Assembly: GCA_963823665.1 (NCBI GenBank)
Contig: CAWGMQ010000003.1
Span: forward strand, 1,824,001 to 1,888,000
Reading direction: 5' to 3'
DNA from: an uncultured Planctomycetota bacterium
Lineage (GTDB): Bacteria; Planctomycetota; Planctomycetia; Isosphaerales; Isosphaeraceae
Length of the DNA stretch: 64,000 bases
Below the pieces are notes generated by a model. The model had not been told where the DNA came from. It was given only the letters and a program-made list of their open reading frames with translations, and did no database searches. Below, piece by piece: positions 31,317-40,487 of the stretch. Made by a program: the position numbers and the translations under genes. Position 1 is the stretch's first letter; every line of letters begins with the position of its first letter.

Positions 31317-33835
31317 ATGTTTCGACTTGGTGTGCGCTTCGTGAAGAATGCCATATGTCGTCGACCGACGGTTTCTCGTGCAATGACGTTGGCAATTACT
31401 GCCGTCATGGCAATTGGATACTGCCTCGAGCCGACAGAAGCCGCGATCGGCGCACTTCAAACAGACTCTCGACCTCGCGACGGCGACGCTGAACGGAAGT
31501 TAATGGCTGAGCTCGATATGACGATCGATTCGCTTGCCGATCATCTTGATCGTGCGCAATTCGATCGCGAATTTGGGGCGGCGTTCCGCCGGTACGGTCT
31601 GGATCTGGACGTGGTTGATCCCAAGGCCGCTGGAGCGCGGCTCGCCGGTCGCCCGGAAACCCCTGCAATCGCGGCGGCAATTGACGATTGGTGTCGCACG
31701 CGCCGGATTTTCTTGGGAGTGGCGTCCTGGCGCAGGCTGGAGGAAGTTGCGCGGGCTGCTGACCCCGACCCCTGGCGCAATGCCCTCCGCGACCAGAATG
31801 ACAAGCCGGTCGCGGATGCGCTGCGGGAATTTAAAGCACGGGCCGCAGATGCTCAGGCGCTCGAGAAGCAGCCGGCGGGCAGCTTGTTGCTTCTGTCTCG
31901 GTTGCTCGACAGGGCAGGTGCTCTGTCGGAAGCTGAGCCGGTTCTACAGGTCGCCAGACGGCGGTTCCCGCGGGATTATTGGTTCTGCATGATGGAAGGT
32001 GGCATGCACGACGAGGCAGTCCCAAAGCCGGATCCGGCTGCGGCTGCCCGGGCGTACGCCGCGGCCGTGGCGCTGCGACCGCAGGGGGTGGTCGCCCATT
32101 CGTGTCTGGCATCCGCGCTGTATCGCCAGGGGAAGATTGCGGAGGCGACTCAGGAGCTCGACACCGCGATCCGGCTCCAATCCAAGAGCGCGTGGACGCA
32201 GCTCGAGCTGGGTTACGTACTCGAGGAAACGGGAAAGCTCGATCTGGCGATCGCCACCTACCGTGAGGCGATCCGGCTGAACCCGGCCGATGCGGAGGCC
32301 CCGGGCGCGTTGGGAAGTGCGCTTCTCACACAGGGAAAGTACGACGAGGCGGTGACGGTTCTACGAGAGGCGATTCGCCTGGCACCTGATGACGCTGACG
32401 CGCATGCCGAGCTCGCCTACGCACTTTCAGGAACCAGAAAGCCCGACGAAGCGATCGCTATGTACCGGGAGGCGATCCGCCTGGACCCAGGCAACGCTGC
32501 GGTGTACCACCGCTTAGGCAACCTATTAGGAGGTCAGGGCAAGTACGGCGAGGCGATCGCTGCGCTTCGCGAAGCAATCCGGATCGTGCCCGACGATTTC
32601 CGAAGTCAATTCGAACTTGGCCGCGCGTTGCATTCGCAGGGAATGCCGCAGGACGCAATCGATGCATTTCGTGAGGCCATCCGGCTCAAACCCGACTACG
32701 CCGAGGCTCACTACTTGCTCGGATCCACATTGTTTGCACAGGGAAAGCAAGAAGAAGCCGAAGCAGAATTCGGCAAGGCAAGACAGCTCAAGCCCCTCGA
32801 CCTGGATACACAGGTGTTGATCGGCTACGCACTCGAAACAGCGGGTAAGCTCGACGAAGCGATCGACAAGTATCGGGAGGCGATCAAGCGTGATTCGAAC
32901 GACGGGGACGCTCAAGGCTATCTGGGCGCAGCCCTCTCGAAACAGGGAAAATACGACGAGGCAGTGATTGCTCTGCGCGAGGCCATTCGCCTCTTGCCCG
33001 ATGTCGTGAATGCGCGCATCGAACTCGGCGCTGCACTATCGAGACGGGGCAAGCACGACGAGGCAGTGACGGCTCTGCGAGAGGCGGTTCGCATCGCGCC
33101 GGATGACGTCGGGCGCCCGCATCGAGCTCGGATACGCGCTTGCAGAATCCGGCAAGACGGACGAAGCCATTGCTGCCTATCGCGAGGCGGTCCGCCTTGG
33201 GCCCGACAACGCAGACGCGCATGTCGGCCTGGGTGCTGCACTTTCCAGAGCCGGCAAGACGGACGAGGCGATCTCCGCTTACCGCGAGGCGATCCGGAAC
33301 AAGCCGGGCGATGCCGGGCGCACTTGTATCTCGGACACGCGTTCACGCGCAGGAGAGGCTTGATGACGCGATCGCTGCGTACCGCGAGGTGGTCCGGCTG
33401 ACGCCGGGCGATTCCCAGGCACACTTGTATCTTGGTAACGCACTTTTGCGCCGGGACTGGCTCGACGAGGCGATCACGGCGTTCCGTGAGGCGGTGCGCC
33501 TCGAGCCAACGGACCCCAGAAACCGCGTGAGCCTCGGCCTGGCTCTTCAGCGTGGCGACAAGCTCGAGGAAGCAATCGTCGAGTTTCGTGAGGTGGTCCG
33601 GCTCGAGCCGACCAACGCCGTGAACCATTTGATCCTGGGCAGCGCACTGCGACAAGACGACAAGCTCAACGAGGCGATCGCTGCCTTCCGCGAGGCGATT
33701 CGGCTCAAGCCCGACCTTGCCGTCGCCCACCTCGCCCTCGGCTCGGCCCTAGCTGCGAACGGCAAGAAGGATGAAGCCGACGCCGAATTCGCTGAAGCAA
33801 AGCGATTGGATCCCAACCTCGACCCTTCGCCTTGA
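31317..33835 (+). CDS. Exported TPR protein, paralog 3 (frameshifts ~33110, ~33320, ~33350)
   Basis: MFRLGVRFVKNAICRRP..., the same N-terminal domain, a TPR array, and ending EAKRLDPNLDPSP*. Confidence 0.8.
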
Positions 33836-33944
33836 TCGCACTACGTTGGGGCTCCCACTTCGGTACGAATGTTCACTGAAAGCTGGTCAGAAAACAACTT
33901 CCTGGGACGGACGTTGAGCGCGCCGCGGAGCGACACGAAGGCCG

Positions 33945-33970
33945 GTTCCCACGCCGAGCGTGGGAACGAG
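33945..33970. repeat. REP-like palindrome
   Basis: GTTCCCACGC-CGA-GCGTGGGAAC-GAG perfect 10-bp stem; resembles the widespread TTCCCACGCnGAGCGTGGGAACGAG extragenic repeat (from memory). Confidence 0.6.
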
Positions 33971-34224
33971 GGCTTCGTTGTTCATGACGGACTCGATGAA
34001 AATCGGCCGGTGGAGTCCGGTTCTATCAAGAGACTCTACCGGTGAGTTAGACCTTGCGGGTTTCATTGATCGTAGGCCACCCCCTCCATCTCAACGCAGT
34101 TTTACCAACATACGAAACCACTTCAACCATCAAACTAATTTTCAGAATTCCTCAGTCACTCAGCCTACCCATATTGCAGATTTGGGTGCTGGGTAATGGG
34201 ATCACTCTGAGGAAGGGGTGTTTA

Positions 34225-34500
34225 ATGAGACGCTCTGCTCTTTTGCTCGTTACGGGTCTCACGCTGGTGTCCTTGAGCGGTTGTCACTGGAACTGGTGGC
34301 ACCATAAGCACCACCAAGACTATGCATACACAAATTATGATGCGTGTGGGTGCGATGGTGCATACGCGGGAACGATTGAACCCGCTCCCATCCCGCTATC
34401 GCACGTGATCTCCAGCTCGACGGGGGCAGTTCCCGGACCGCCGACCGTGGCGTCGCCGGCTCCCGCGGGCACAAAGATCTCGACGCCCACGAACAAGTGA
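34225..34500 (+). CDS. Small lipoprotein with His/Trp-rich N-terminus
   Basis: RBS GGAAGGGG; MRRSALLLVTGLTLVSLSG-C lipobox; HWNWWHHKHH, CGC, Pro-rich tail; AT-rich promoter-like DNA upstream. Confidence 0.8.
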   Translation: MRRSALLLVTGLTLVSLSGCHWNWWHHKHHQDYAYTNYDACGCDGAYAGTIEPAPIPLSHVISSSTGAVPGPPTVASPAPAGTKISTPTNK

Positions 34501-34914
34501 GCTTGCGATCGGCCGGGCACCTGCTTCAGCGAGAGCTTGGTAAACCTCGGGGCGCAGAACCGTTGCGCCCCGGGACGGGTGGGGATCAAGCGTGCGGCTA
34601 ATTCATTCCGCCGATCGATTGCAGACGTGGGATGACACCAGGTCGACCATCGCGAGTCTCTGCTGCTGCACGGATCAACGGAGGCACGCAACGTCGCGGA
34701 CTGCAAGATAGGCGGGGTGCCCAGGTCAGAGAACATTGGTTGTAATTCTCCTGTACGGAGCATTGCTTTCTTTACGGCTTCGATCATTCGCCAAAAGCCA
34801 AGGCGACGGCCATTTGATCGTCGGAAAGACAATTACCCGCCGATCGGCTCGGAGGGTCGCCGGACAGCGCCGGCTCTTCGAGCGTGTCTGCGAATTGCGG
34901 TCGTGTGCGGAAGG

Positions 34915-34950
34915 GCCCTCACCCCTGCGCTCTCCAAGAGGGAGAGGGAG
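34915..34950. repeat. CCCTCACCCC...CTCTCC...GGGAGAGGG-type extragenic palindrome
   Basis: CCCTCACCCCTGCGCTCTCCAAGAGGGAGAGGGAG, a degenerate copy of a common REP-like hairpin. Confidence 0.55.
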
Positions 34951-35195
34951 CGATACGTCGTCGCGTCGGATTCCTCAACAGGTACTGGCCCTTATCGCAC
35001 GTTGAATTCGCAGACACGGTCTTTGAGGTTTTCTGGCGCCGAACGTGGTCTCCTGATTCCGGGATCTAGCCGTTTACCAGATGCTGGAAAAATCGCCGAT
35101 TTAAACTAGCTTATGCAACGAACCCTTGGCAGAATTGGAATTGTGTCGAGGATGTGCGCGCGAGACCATGTCGACCCAGATCGGAGAAGCTGATC

Positions 35196-35598
35196 ATGGG
35201 ATGGGTTGAAGAGCGCGTGGACGACTACGAGTGCGGGCATCGTGCGACTTGGCTCGAGAGGCGCGGCGCTCGAGCACGCCAACCCCGTGCATTTTGTGGT
35301 GACACTCGCGGCGGGCGCCGGGTTTGCGGCCGGGCTGTGGATGCACAACTGGCTCGCGATCGGCGCTGCGGCGGTTGTTGCGTTATCGGGCCGCGTTTAC
35401 TGCTGGACGTGGAAGCCGGCGATCAATCCGCATGAGAATGATGTTCCGGGACGGGGCGAGAGCAGGCGCCGTCAGGTCGACGCTTCGGGGTACGTTCGTG
35501 CTGGTAAGCTGGTCCGCGCCTTGAGCTGGTATGGCAGCCATGGCCGAGCCCGACGCGCCGCGCAGGCCCGAGATCAACGCGAGCGCGAGGCTTCTTAG
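35196..35598 (+). CDS. Small membrane protein (one frameshift ~35265)
   Basis: RBS GGAG; MGWVEERVDDYECGHRATWLERR/ALEHANPVHFVVTLAAGAGFAAGLWMHNWLAIGAAAVVALSGRVYCWTWK; two TM helices after removing one G. The true 3' end is uncertain. Confidence 0.6.
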
Positions 35599-36086
35599 AA
35601 CTGGTTGCGGACGTGGGTTGTCTTCCGGCGCGTGATCTTCTCGCGGATGGCGTCGAGCGAGGCCTTTTTTGTCTTCCCCGGGACGACGCCAAAGTGCTTG
35701 GCGACCTCGCTCAAGTCCTTGGCCGTCAGCTTGTCGAGCTTTTGCACCTCGGCGGCGATGAACTCGTATGTCACGTCGTCGGAAGTGCATCGCTCGTAGA
35801 GCGAGCTGAGCAGGGTGCCGGCGTCTTCGATCGTGATCGCTGGCGCTTTTGGTTTCGTCGCTCGAGCGGCACGTGCGGGCTTGGCCTGTACTGGGAGAAC
35901 GCCGGTACGCGCGTACTCTTCGGCGCGAACCAGGAAGCCGGCGAAGTCCTTGACCTGGTGCTCGGCGAACGGATTCAGGCCGTCACAGGCGCGCTCGAGA
36001 TCGTCGAGGATTTCTTTCTTAGCGCCCGACGCTGCTAACGGGGTCGCGAGTGCTCTGAGAAAGCTCTGGAGATCGGCTACGCGCAT
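35595..36086 (-). CDS. Hypothetical ParA-partner protein with basic C-terminal helix-extension-helix-like motif
   Basis: MRVADLQSFLRAL...; KLDKLTAKDLSEVAKHFGVVPGKTKKASLDAIREKI resembles Rho-N/SAP/LEM motifs; overlaps the parA 3' end by 68 nt. Confidence 0.75.
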   Translation of the reverse strand: MRVADLQSFLRALATPLAASGAKKEILDDLERACDGLNPFAEHQVKDFAGFLVRAEEYARTGVLPVQAKPARAARATKPKAPAITIEDAGTLLSSLYERCTSDDVTYEFIAAEVQKLDKLTAKDLSEVAKHFGVVPGKTKKASLDAIREKITRRKTTHVRNQF

Positions 36087-37437
36087 AGTGTGGCAGTTCC
36101 TTGTTGATCTGGTCCGCGAGGTCGAGATAGGCCGCACCGAGCGTGGGATCAAGGGCGGGTAAAGGATAAGCGATGGGGTCATGCATGCGCAAGGCTGGAA
36201 AGAAGCGGATCGGCTCGCCCCATTGTTCCTGGCAGAGCGGGGCCAGCGAATCGAGCTCGGCCTGCTGTTTTTTCACAAGGGCATCGCCATAGTACTTGGC
36301 CTTGTTCCCGACCACGCCCATCACCGAGAGCTCCGGAAAGGCCGCCTTGCGCAGGTGTCGCAGCCAGCGCAAGAGGCGGGGAACAGCCGCGGCCGCGACG
36401 GCGTTCGGAAGCACGGGAATCATCACGTAATCACTGGCCGCGAGGGCGTTGACGCACCCGGTTGTGAGGCGCGGGGGACAGTCGAGCAGGATAAAGTCGA
36501 ATCGGTCTGCGATCTCCGCGCGATGAAGAATTGCTCGCAGCCGATAGCGGATGTCGTCGTGGGTGATCTTGGCGTGCCAGGAATGGGCCATGGCCGTTTC
36601 AAGATTGCCGAATTCTTCATCGGCGGCAACGACGAAGATCTCGGAGTCGGGAACGTTCGTGGCGCGCTCGATCGCCTGCCGGAAACTCGCGAAGCCATCG
36701 CTCACATCCTTGAGCGCAGTGTGAATCAATCTTCGCGAAACAACGAGCTCGTCCATCTTCGCGGGCGAAAGCAGAAGCTGGGAGAGCGAGCTTTGATGAT
36801 CGAGGTCGACCACGAGCACGCGCCAGCCGTGGTTTTTCATCGCAACGGCCAGATTCGCCGCGATGGTGGTCTTGCCGACACCACCCTTCAAGTTCACGAG
36901 CGATAGGATGGGAGTGCGGCGCTGACTCAGAGGCCGAAAGGGCGGCGAGCCATTCTCTGGAGCCGCTTCCCAGATGCGCCCGTCGGAGAGCGCAATCGCC
37001 TTCAGCTTGCTTTTCAACTCGGTAATGACACGCTTCGCAAGCTGATGCCGGTCGGAGAGGTATTGTTGGACCTGACGCTTCTTGAGCAGCTTTTGCTTGA
37101 GTCGCTCACATTCGGCGGAGAGAACCGCGGTGACGTTTTTCTGGCCCTGGAGCCCTCCGGTCAGCTCGAAAAGGCGTGACTTGAGCACATCGGCGTGCTT
37201 CTGGTAATGGTCGAGGTCGCCGCGATACCGTTTGTTCTCGGCGGAGAGGTCGGCGACCTGCTTTTCAAGGGCGCGGATCTCGCCTTCCGGTGAGCCGCTG
37301 CTCCGGATGCGGAGACGAAACTTCCAGAGGAAGAGAAAAGTGATCGCCAGTGCGGACAGGACCCCAAACACGAACGCCGGCAATTGATTGGAACGATGAA
37401 ACCGTTCGATCAATTCGTAAAGGCCGGAGAAATTCAT
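36019..37437 (-). CDS. ParA/Soj-family ATPase with N-terminal TM helix and coiled coil
   Basis: TM FVFGVLSALAITFLFLW; heptad region; deviant Walker A NLKGGVGKTT; VLVVDLDHQ; DFILLDCPP; ALAASDYVMIP. Confidence 0.9.
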   Translation of the reverse strand: MNFSGLYELIERFHRSNQLPAFVFGVLSALAITFLFLWKFRLRIRSSGSPEGEIRALEKQVADLSAENKRYRGDLDHYQKHADVLKSRLFELTGGLQGQKNVTAVLSAECERLKQKLLKKRQVQQYLSDRHQLAKRVITELKSKLKAIALSDGRIWEAAPENGSPPFRPLSQRRTPILSLVNLKGGVGKTTIAANLAVAMKNHGWRVLVVDLDHQSSLSQLLLSPAKMDELVVSRRLIHTALKDVSDGFASFRQAIERATNVPDSEIFVVAADEEFGNLETAMAHSWHAKITHDDIRYRLRAILHRAEIADRFDFILLDCPPRLTTGCVNALAASDYVMIPVLPNAVAAAAVPRLLRWLRHLRKAAFPELSVMGVVGNKAKYYGDALVKKQQAELDSLAPLCQEQWGEPIRFFPALRMHDPIAYPLPALDPTLGAAYLDLADQINKELPHYARSRSPELSQSTRDPVSSVGR

Positions 37438-37569
37438 CGGCGGGCAACTCGAGTGGCACCGGAAAACATCTTGGACCTTCCTTCGTAACAGACGAGCAGT
37501 GTGTTATCAACGAGCAAATTGGCGACCCGAGCTCCAGAAAAGCCAATTAGTGACTTCGTGAGGGGGCAA

Positions 37570-38607
37570 ATGCCGGTGCCGGACCTTGACCGATTGGCCG
37601 GAACGCTTCTGGGAACGGCCATTGGCGACGCCTTGGGGCTCGCGACCGAGGGGATGTCGGCGCGCGTGATTGCGCGTCGGTTCGGGCGGGTCGAGCGGTT
37701 CCACCTGGTCGGCTCGAGAGGGTTGGTCTCCGACGATACGGAGCAATCTGCGCTCATGGCCCAAAGCCTGGCGAGGCATCCGGATGATCTCGAGCGCTGC
37801 GTGCGTTCGTTTCGGCGCTCGCTGTTCGGTTGGTTTTGCCGGTTGCCGTGGGGCGTGGGGATGGCGACCGTCCGCGCCTGCATCCGGATCGGCCTGGGTT
37901 TCGCTCGGAGCGGGGTTAACTCGGCGGGAAACGGAGCGGCGATGCGCGCGGCGATCATCGGTGCATTCTTCGCCGACCGGCCACACGAACGAGAGAAGTT
38001 CGGTCGCGCACTGGCCGAAGTCACACATCGAGACCCGAGGGCGATCGAAGGCGCTCTCTACGTCGCAGAACTGGCCGCGGCATGCGCCCAGAGTCAGCCG
38101 GGAACTCGCCCCGAGATCTGCCAGCAAGCTGCCCGGCACTGCGTGTGCGGTGCGACGCTTGGTGCGGCCATCGACCGCGCACGAGACCTGGCGCTGCGGG
38201 GTGCCAGCACGGACGAGGCCATTCGATCATGCGGTACATCCGGGTTCGTGCTCGAGAGTGTGGCGTTCGCCACGTTTGGATTCGTCCGATACGGTTCTGA
38301 CCCGCTTCTGGCGTTAACGGAAGTCATCGGCGCCGGCGGAGACACCGACTCAATCGCCGCAATCCTGGGTGCCTGGCTAGGCGCACTCCACGGCGAAGCC
38401 GGGCTTCCCCAGCCATTGATCGAGCGAATTCACGATGGGCCGTTTGGTCCGACGCACCTGAGAGCGCTCGCGGAATGCCTGGCGAGCATCCGCAGCGATG
38501 CACCGGCTTCCATTCCGCGCTACTCACTGATCGCGGCGCTTTTTCGAAACCTGCTTCTGTATCCGGTTGTGCTCGCTCATGGCTTTCGGAGGTTATTGCC
38601 GTTCTAA
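37570..38607 (+). CDS. ADP-ribosylglycohydrolase (DraG/ARH family)
   Basis: GTAIGDALG, SDDTEQ, SAGNGAAMR, VTHRDP, GGDTDSIAAILGA. Confidence 0.93.
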   Translation: MPVPDLDRLAGTLLGTAIGDALGLATEGMSARVIARRFGRVERFHLVGSRGLVSDDTEQSALMAQSLARHPDDLERCVRSFRRSLFGWFCRLPWGVGMATVRACIRIGLGFARSGVNSAGNGAAMRAAIIGAFFADRPHEREKFGRALAEVTHRDPRAIEGALYVAELAAACAQSQPGTRPEICQQAARHCVCGATLGAAIDRARDLALRGASTDEAIRSCGTSGFVLESVAFATFGFVRYGSDPLLALTEVIGAGGDTDSIAAILGAWLGALHGEAGLPQPLIERIHDGPFGPTHLRALAECLASIRSDAPASIPRYSLIAALFRNLLLYPVVLAHGFRRLLPF

Positions 38608-38618
38608 ATCGCCTCAAT

Positions 38619-39398
38619 TCACGCCGTCATTCCGCCGTCAACCGCGATGACCTGGCCGGTCAAGTAGCTTGCGCCGGGGCTTGCCAGGTAGCGTACCAGA
38701 TCTGCGATATCCTCGGGCGTTCCCAGCCGGCGCAGGGGCACTCGATCCTTGACTTCGGTCTTGATCTTCTCGGGAAGGACGTTGGTCATGTCGGTGGTGA
38801 TGAAACCCGGCGCGACCACGTTCACCGTGATGTTTCGCGAGGCCAGCTCGCGCGCGATCGTCTTGCTGAAACCGATGACGCCCGCCTTGCTGGCGGAATA
38901 ATTCGCCTGCCCGGGGTTGCCCATCAAGCCCGAGACGCTGCTGATGTTGATGATTCGCCCATAGCGGCCGCGCATCATGCAGGCACCGACCGCGCGACAG
39001 AAGAGGAAGGTTCCCTTGAGATTCGTATCGACCACGTCATCCCAGGCCGAGTCTTCCATACGCAGCACGAGTCCGTCGCGAGTGATCCCGGCGTTATTTA
39101 CGAGGATGTGGATCTTACCGAACTTCGATTCGATCTCCTCGACCGCGCGCTGGACCTCATCCGATTTCGAGACGTCGACGGCATACCCTTCGGCCGTGCC
39201 GCCCGCTTCGCGAATGGATTTGAGCGTTCCTTCCAGGCCTTCGAGGGTGCGGGCGACTGCGGCGATTGAGGCTCCGCAGGCTGCCAGACCGACGGCGATT
39301 GCCTGTCCGATGCCGCGGGAGGCACCGGTTACGAGTGCCACCTGCCCCGACAAGTCGACCCGGCAGCCCGCCGGCGCTAAATTTTGGCCTTCTGCCAT
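38619..39398 (-). CDS. fabG: 3-oxoacyl-ACP reductase
   Basis: [43 protein letters not shown]. Confidence 0.96.
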   Translation of the reverse strand: MAEGQNLAPAGCRVDLSGQVALVTGASRGIGQAIAVGLAACGASIAAVARTLEGLEGTLKSIREAGGTAEGYAVDVSKSDEVQRAVEEIESKFGKIHILVNNAGITRDGLVLRMEDSAWDDVVDTNLKGTFLFCRAVGACMMRGRYGRIINISSVSGLMGNPGQANYSASKAGVIGFSKTIARELASRNITVNVVAPGFITTDMTNVLPEKIKTEVKDRVPLRRLGTPEDIADLVRYLASPGASYLTGQVIAVDGGMTA

Positions 39399-39513
39399 GA
39401 TCGTGAATCCTCGAGAGAAGAGAGCTTACGCGGTCCGTCTCAAGCATCGCCGCCGACACGGTTATAAACGGCGCCGTTTCGGGGGGGCAAGTCCAAAACG
39501 GGTGCGGGTGATC

Positions 39514-40425
39514 CTACCGCGCGGGGACGCTCGTGCAGGGGAGCTTGCGATCGATGCGCTTCAAGAGGCCGGTGAGCACTCGGCCGGGGCCGATCTCGTA
39601 GAACGTGTCGAATCCGTCGGCGATCATCCTTTTCATTGACGCCTCCCAGCGTACGCCTTCGAGCACCTGAGAGACGAGCGTCGCCCGGATGTCGTCTGGC
39701 TCGCGGTGCGGCGTCGCGTCCACGTTTGAGTAGACGGGGATGCCCGGCGGCGAGATCGGCGTACTTGCCAGGAACTGGGCAAGCTGATGGTCGGCCGGCT
39801 TCATGAGCGGCGAATGAAACGCGCCGGAGACCGCCAGCTTGATCGTCTTCATCGCGCCGAGCTCCTGTGCGAGCGATTCGACGTGCTCCAGGGCAGCCGC
39901 GTCTCCGGAGACCACGATGTTGCCCGGCCCGAGCAAGTTTGCCTTCCAGAGCCGGCCGTACGGCTCGACGCGTGCACAGAGCTCGTCGACCTTGTTTTCC
40001 TCGAGCCCGAGCACACTCACCATGCCGCTCTTGGTTGCCGCGGCGGCCGCCTGCATGGCTTCGCCGCGGAGGCGAACCAGCCTGAGACCGGCTTCGAATT
40101 CGATTGCACCTGCAAATACGAGCGCCGTGTATTCGCCGAGGGAAAGCCCTGCCGCGCCCTGGCAGGCAGAGACGATCTCGGGACTGTTTGCTTTCAGGCT
40201 TTCGAGGGCGGCCAGGCTGGCGACAAAGAGAGCTGGCTGGCTGACGTCGGTGGCGTTTAGCGCTTCGGCCGGACCATTGAAGCAGAGGTTAGCCAGATCG
40301 ATCCCCAGGATTTCGCCGGCCCGGTCAAAGAGGGCGCGCGCCGCTGGCAGCTCGGCGTGCAGCTCTCGCCCCATGCCGATGGACTGAGCACCCTGGCCGG
40401 GAAACAAGAAGGCGATCCTGGGCAT
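39514..40425 (-). CDS. fabD: Malonyl-CoA:ACP transacylase
   Basis: FLFPGQGAQ, GLSLGEY, VSGAFHSPLM, EIGPGRVLTGL. Confidence 0.96.
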   Translation of the reverse strand: MPRIAFLFPGQGAQSIGMGRELHAELPAARALFDRAGEILGIDLANLCFNGPAEALNATDVSQPALFVASLAALESLKANSPEIVSACQGAAGLSLGEYTALVFAGAIEFEAGLRLVRLRGEAMQAAAAATKSGMVSVLGLEENKVDELCARVEPYGRLWKANLLGPGNIVVSGDAAALEHVESLAQELGAMKTIKLAVSGAFHSPLMKPADHQLAQFLASTPISPPGIPVYSNVDATPHREPDDIRATLVSQVLEGVRWEASMKRMIADGFDTFYEIGPGRVLTGLLKRIDRKLPCTSVPAR

Positions 40426-40487
40426 CGGTGTGTGTCCCTTCTCTTCCGTATCCCTTCTCTTCTCTTCTCTCGATCTTTCGCGTCGCC

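Noticed and set aside
25509..33835. Recurrent cgcgaggcgatccggctcaa motif as a DGR, CRISPR or REP array
   Set aside because: The period is ~102 nt and encodes TPR helices (REAIRLKP); no reverse transcriptase is present.
40428..40480. Polypurine (AGAAG)n tract upstream of fabD
   Set aside because: Short, includes the RBS, and there is no evidence for a separate function.
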